Assembly: GCA_938091905.1 (NCBI GenBank)
Contig: CALKOM010000046.1
Span: 1 to 64,000 of the forward strand
Direction of reading: 5' to 3'
Source of the DNA: an uncultured Verrucomicrobiales bacterium
Lineage (GTDB): Bacteria > Verrucomicrobiota > Verrucomicrobiia > Verrucomicrobiales > DEV007
Length of the DNA: 64,000 bases
Part shown: positions 61,701 to 64,000 of the stretch, piece by piece
Layout of the letters: every line of letters begins with the position of its first letter
Position numbering within the stretch: position 1 is the first letter of the stretch
Notes under the pieces: generated by a model
What the model saw: only the letters and a program-made list of their open reading frames with translations
Database searches by the model: none
What the model was told of the DNA's origin: nothing
Made by a program: the position numbers and the translations under genes

Positions 61701-61979
61701 GGCGAGTTGCTTCTTGGTCGCATCGCGCAGTCGAATGTAGAGCACGAGGAGATCGGCGTCTTGCAGGGAACTTAGATCGGGAAGAGCACGACTATCTGGA
61801 GGAGAAGTCAGGATGGTGGTTTCATAGCCGAATTTCTCTGTCAGTAGCGTGGCCAATGCAGGTACGCTCTTCTCTGAGCCATAGTATTGCTCGCCGTGGA
61901 TGAGGACGACCTTGGGAGCGGCCATCGCTACCGGTATCGTGAGTAGGAATGGCAGCAGGAGAGATAGATACGATTTCAC
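55722..61979 (-). CDS. 2085-aa multidomain protein: ThuA-like, DUF1080 with LamG-like insert, cytochrome c, DUF6797/beta-propeller, PSCyt1 + DUF1587/1592/1588/1585
   Basis: LRTTSH..FYTSMG; CFACH, CLECH and CAGCH haem motifs; RRLSHTEYNNTLRDL, ASRLSYFLW..PD, TSPVVRG, IDPLGFSLENYD. Confidence 0.88.
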   Translation of the reverse strand: MKSYLSLLLPFLLTIPVAMAAPKVVLIHGEQYYGSEKSVPALATLLTEKFGYETTILTSPPDSRALPDLSSLQDADLLVLYIRLRDATKKQLAQLNAYLDAGKPAVALRTTSHGIADQSGWFVSHFGGHFKRHTGQKEACRALVATELQSHPILAGVPKHFSAGKDGIYHTLPLSDDTTPLVFGNVGEEPAEPLAWTMGHHRFYTSMGSEADFANKAFVSLLLNACQWTLKKAPSTEVETRSFPAPPSHVLASDEEPINEWRHWDPSMPPAVIDVDAVADTTSGGPQYREARWNKTDKVLIAQPGYGDVISERSFEDAVFHVDFLLPDRRSTSGVYIDGKWKIQLDTTNQCGAIPGIAKPSTQASGKVGEWQSLQVAVQHVNETAADLSVWLNGTQIHERVRVEEPTVYGFPDESDSDDEPAAAAQFISTEEQGKQCDMGDDFTAVMRFRTEESGPLFSKLSSDGKHREGDKILFIDGGQLHYDIGWVGAIGTEINDRVNNGQWHTVALRHREGHAEIYLDGEKLAEDDDFTAPDNEGSVLRIGAGANDFPDDALHWHGQIASFQFFNEAISDQDVELTGSSEPIERAEPVFEWNQNNTDTVGDQPEAGTPLRLQADMGKVRFANVTMRPLAEVDHASILTAWDNNAFKRGEKIYQGICFACHGNLEKAGSLPTSRPFWKEPFKNGKDPHSLYLTMRNGFEQMPPQPWLTPSAAYDVIHYIREEFVKTNNASEYVELTPEYLDRLPKGMSSQGKLTKEQVDYAKGPKYERMNFGPMLDWTYQVAPGNIAYKAIAIRLDDGPGGVSKGRHWMVYDHDTMRVAAAWSGDKFVDWKGIAFDQSHGTHTSIVGEKTLVNPVGPGWANPADGSWADPRFLGRDGKPYGPLPREWTHFKGQYIHGNKIVIKYTVGDAEVLEMPSLVQRGEHPVFARTMNIGQSSKNLHLRVSPADVTAQVVGGTATVAVIDGYQVMTVLAKDTPMKVNVLSTKAEAHSLVIASLLAADPEDLTAYTEGGPAHWTETVTTEAKMGNDEDAFAVDEITYPSENPYHSWMRIGGFDFLPGGNRAAVATWLGDVWLVDDIGGDFKQHRWKRICSGLFQPLGVKWVDGHIYVTCRDQLAKLHDLNGDEEIDYVESFNNDHQVTEHFHEFAMGLQTDDAGNFYYAKSARHAKTALVPHHGTLLRVSKDGSTTEILATGFRAANGVCLNPDGTYIVTDQEGHWNPKNRINYVKEGGFYGNMYGYHDVTDNSDEAMEQPLCWITNAFDRSPGELLWVPKDANWGPMNGKLLNLSYGTGKVFAVPHEKMPDGQAQGGMVSLGLDFPTGIMRGRFHPDNGQLYTTGMFAWAGSKHQDGGFYRIRATGKAMNLPIDLKATPEGIQLGFSNALDREAAAKIDSYEIKTWSLKRTKNYGSRHYDEKPLEVAQATVSDDGKSVFLSIPEIDTTWCMEVKIQVTDTQGKMVERILHNTIHQLGGTKDQTSAVPDLREKEIMPPKQVEVDHAAQRAHVTDLLEKHCLECHDASVSKGDLDIETGLSESPLVKSRDLWVNVLERIKSGEMPPEDEPQPTDEERQALVDWINREVIDFDYTSVKNPGYERARRLSHTEYNNTLRDLFGIDLKPADKFPSDLSGLSGFANSANTLFIQPTLLERYIGAAEEVVTAAMPQWELAKETAPKKLFHTFLRQAYRRPPSNDEVAELFIRYETAKSSGASHQESIPPAVIFALISPNFLYRIENAPTNSEDHQITDLEFASRLSYFLWASTPDNTLLDLADAGTLRDENILGKQLQRMLRDERSHALGHEFASQWLKFEHVGTRVRLDPIDNPWCTDSLMTAMRNESSMFIHSLIEENRPIHNLINANYTYLNQELARHYRIGGVHGDHMRRVTLNDPRRGGIFGQASVLAVTSFPGRTSPVVRGKYILDDVLGTPPPPPPPDAGELDEEVARERELTLKEKLEIHRGSPQCAGCHAKIDPLGFSLENYDWFGRYREEHRDRPIDSEGQLPNGRKFVGLDGLRNVLIERRLDDLTRQLTRKMLSFGLGRQLEYYDELAVQQIHAAVQQDNYRFHTLISEIVNSYPFQWKRLPDTN

Positions 61980-62434
61980 AGGGGAAGTAGAGCACAGAGA
62001 GTAGATGCTGATAAGCGCCTTCTTCTGTGTAGACGTCCCTCCGACGGAAATATTGTCCGAATTGTGTGAAAATCGTGTCTACTCACGCAGCTGTAGACAA
62101 GGAACGAAGCTGATTCTCTGAAGCGCAGTGTCGCGCGACATGATCCTGAGGCCTTTCAATACTTGGCCGAACGGCACTCTGGTATGGTGTCGCGGGCGTG
62201 CATGTGTGAGTCAATCCGTCCGATCTTGGGTCTCACGCGAAGGCGCGAAGTAGGGGGAGGAAGAGGTGAATGCTGAAGGGGCCATGGCAGTGGTGTAAAG
62301 CCCACTAAGTAGTCGATCTGCCCTTTCTTTGATTCTTTATGGTCACGCTTTTGCGGATTCGTGTGAGTCTCCTTAGACTGCTCTGGACTAGCATCCATTC
62401 ACGGTAATGTTTCGAAAGGAACACCAACCCAGCA

Positions 62435-63373
62435 CTACGGTTGCGCTAATCGAAAGAAGAGCATTGGTGCCAAATCCGTCGAGAGCGTGAGTTCCGTCTG
62501 GCCTTTGGCATCGGTTACGTCACTCCAACCTTCTTCAAGATCCGTAGAGCCTTGGAGGACGGCTTCGACACTGTCCCAAGCGAGGGTGAAGCTGCTGTCA
62601 ATGACTGGGCTGATTCGAAGCACGCCGAGTGGGAGGAGGGCGATGGGCTCAATGTCGTCAAAGAAACGCAAAGGTACCATCTGTACTTTATTTGCGAGCT
62701 CAAACTCGCGGTTGTCTCCGTTTTCCCATTCGGCGCTGTTGATGATAAATTTGTAAGGCACAACACTTCCTGGAAGGATGAATTCCACCTTGGCTGTGCC
62801 TTCATAGACGGACGATCCTGCGGCAATGGGCACCATGGGTTCATTACCTAACCAGTTGTTGAACGGGCCCCGCACCGAAACATAATCTGATTCGCGATCG
62901 AAGAGTTCGTCCTGAATGCGAGCCGCCATGTCGACTTGGAAGGTCACGTCGACTCCGGCCCCCGGATCGACGGACAAGTTGTCAAAGAAGACTACTGGTA
63001 GCGTATGGTCCGCTGCTTGTTGCTCAAAAGAGCGATTGTCTTGCCCATCGCCAACTTCAGTCTCCCAGACGACCACATTGGCGCTGTCCACGATGACAAA
63101 CTTGTAGTCCACAAATGCTCCTTCGCCATCAGCCACCTCAACCGGAAGGCTGTAGATAGAGGAATTAATAGCGTCCTGCTCGAGTTCGGTGCCACCACTC
63201 CAGCCGTTGAACGGCCCCCTTACCTCGATGATATCCTCACTAGATACGAAACGTCCTTTTGACTTTTGAATAGAGAGGTCGACCTGGAACGTGACTTCCA
63301 CGGCCAGGGTAGCCTGGTCTAGCAAGACTATTAGAAAGGCGAACAGCAGCCTAGGGAGAAAAGATAATTTCAT
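62435..63373 (-). CDS. Secreted protein with two tandem CBM20-like domains
   Basis: Duplicated VTFQVD..VRGPFNxW..YKF..WE..DNR..FFD units; signal peptide. Confidence 0.75.
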   Translation of the reverse strand: MKLSFLPRLLFAFLIVLLDQATLAVEVTFQVDLSIQKSKGRFVSSEDIIEVRGPFNGWSGGTELEQDAINSSIYSLPVEVADGEGAFVDYKFVIVDSANVVVWETEVGDGQDNRSFEQQAADHTLPVVFFDNLSVDPGAGVDVTFQVDMAARIQDELFDRESDYVSVRGPFNNWLGNEPMVPIAAGSSVYEGTAKVEFILPGSVVPYKFIINSAEWENGDNREFELANKVQMVPLRFFDDIEPIALLPLGVLRISPVIDSSFTLAWDSVEAVLQGSTDLEEGWSDVTDAKGQTELTLSTDLAPMLFFRLAQP

Positions 63374-63392
63374 GACGAGTGCTTGGAATCTC

Positions 63393-64000
63393 TTATTTCT
63401 CTCGAATGTTCAACTTCCCATTCATCACGGACCAGTGACCCGGAAACGTGCAGACATATTCATACTCACCTGGAGCCAGGCTTTCGATTGGTAGGCGGGC
63501 CTTCTCTCCGGCCTCTAACATCTGGGTGGCGGCGATGATCTGGTTGCTCTCGGGGACGTAGGCGCGGCCTTTGCTGTCTAACTGATCTGGGGTCATGGTG
63601 AGGGCGGCGGTGCCGAGGGCTTCTTTGGCGCCTTTCTGACAGATGATCAGGTTGTGGGGCATGAGGTCGTCGTTCTCGAAGACGATTTCGAAGGGCTTGT
63701 CTGCTTCGACCGTGATGTGGTTGGTGTCGTAGCGGAGTTGTTCGTGGACGGTACGAAGGACGATGACACTGACGCCAAGTTCTTGCAGGGCAGTGCGGAT
63801 GGTGTCGACTTCTTCGTGGGGCAGGTAGCTTGCGAGTTCGGTCGCGACTTGGACGTTCTCGATGAAGTCTTGAGCGGTGCGGCCTTCCGTGGGGACGGCT
63901 TTGGCCCAGGTGTGCATGGCTTTGGCCGCGATGCCTGCGGCGGTGGCATTCCAAGAATCTCGGTGGATCTTGCGGAGGCCGCGGGCGGCTTCAGTCAGGC
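63393..64000 (-). CDS. C-terminal part of a large protein ending in an azurin/auracyanin-type blue-copper domain (partial)
   Basis: MPHN and YVCTFPGHWSVM type-1 copper ligands; the frame is open to the window edge. Confidence 0.85.
   Translation of the reverse strand, partial: LTEAARGLRKIHRDSWNATAAGIAAKAMHTWAKAVPTEGRTAQDFIENVQVATELASYLPHEEVDTIRTALQELGVSVIVLRTVHEQLRYDTNHITVEADKPFEIVFENDDLMPHNLIICQKGAKEALGTAALTMTPDQLDSKGRAYVPESNQIIAATQMLEAGEKARLPIESLAPGEYEYVCTFPGHWSVMNGKLNIREK

Noticed and set aside
62156..62398. 80-aa ORF or ncRNA
   Set aside because: No motif or convincing structure recognised.

Overview
Bacterial chromosomal window, most likely Verrucomicrobiota/PVC (inferred from DUF1552 + DUF1592/1588 cytochrome modules, DUF1080, lamin-tail/CotH, sulfatase and Tat-exported TIM-barrel proteins). 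The left ~8 kb, downstream of the 3' end of tRNA-Pro(GGG), is a decaying accessory region. It holds an internally deleted IS4-family element, an intact-looking ISKra4 element with terminal inverted repeats but no target duplication, two genes apparently truncated by IS ends, a Tat protein/BNR-repeat pair, and XylR-like and serine-hydrolase pseudogenes. The rest is backbone: amidase, dgoK, dnaB, thiD, apaG, argA, holB, tmk, PPi-type PEP carboxykinase, fabI, proC, truncated haemoglobin, trxB, sugar ABC components and recQ, plus carbohydrate/redox secreted proteins. Several pseudogenes are interspersed: RNase Z-like, AlkA-like, a PDZ/cytochrome chimera, and an alpha/beta hydrolase carrying a 16-unit heptamer array. 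No CRISPR array, rRNA or integrase was seen. The best leads are a Zn-finger gene coupled to dnaB, a 2085-aa tri-haem fusion with a Uma2 gene between it and its DUF1552 partner, a CCUCC-loop hairpin/sRNA candidate, and a palindrome-generated frameshift. All family calls come from motif recognition, not database searches.
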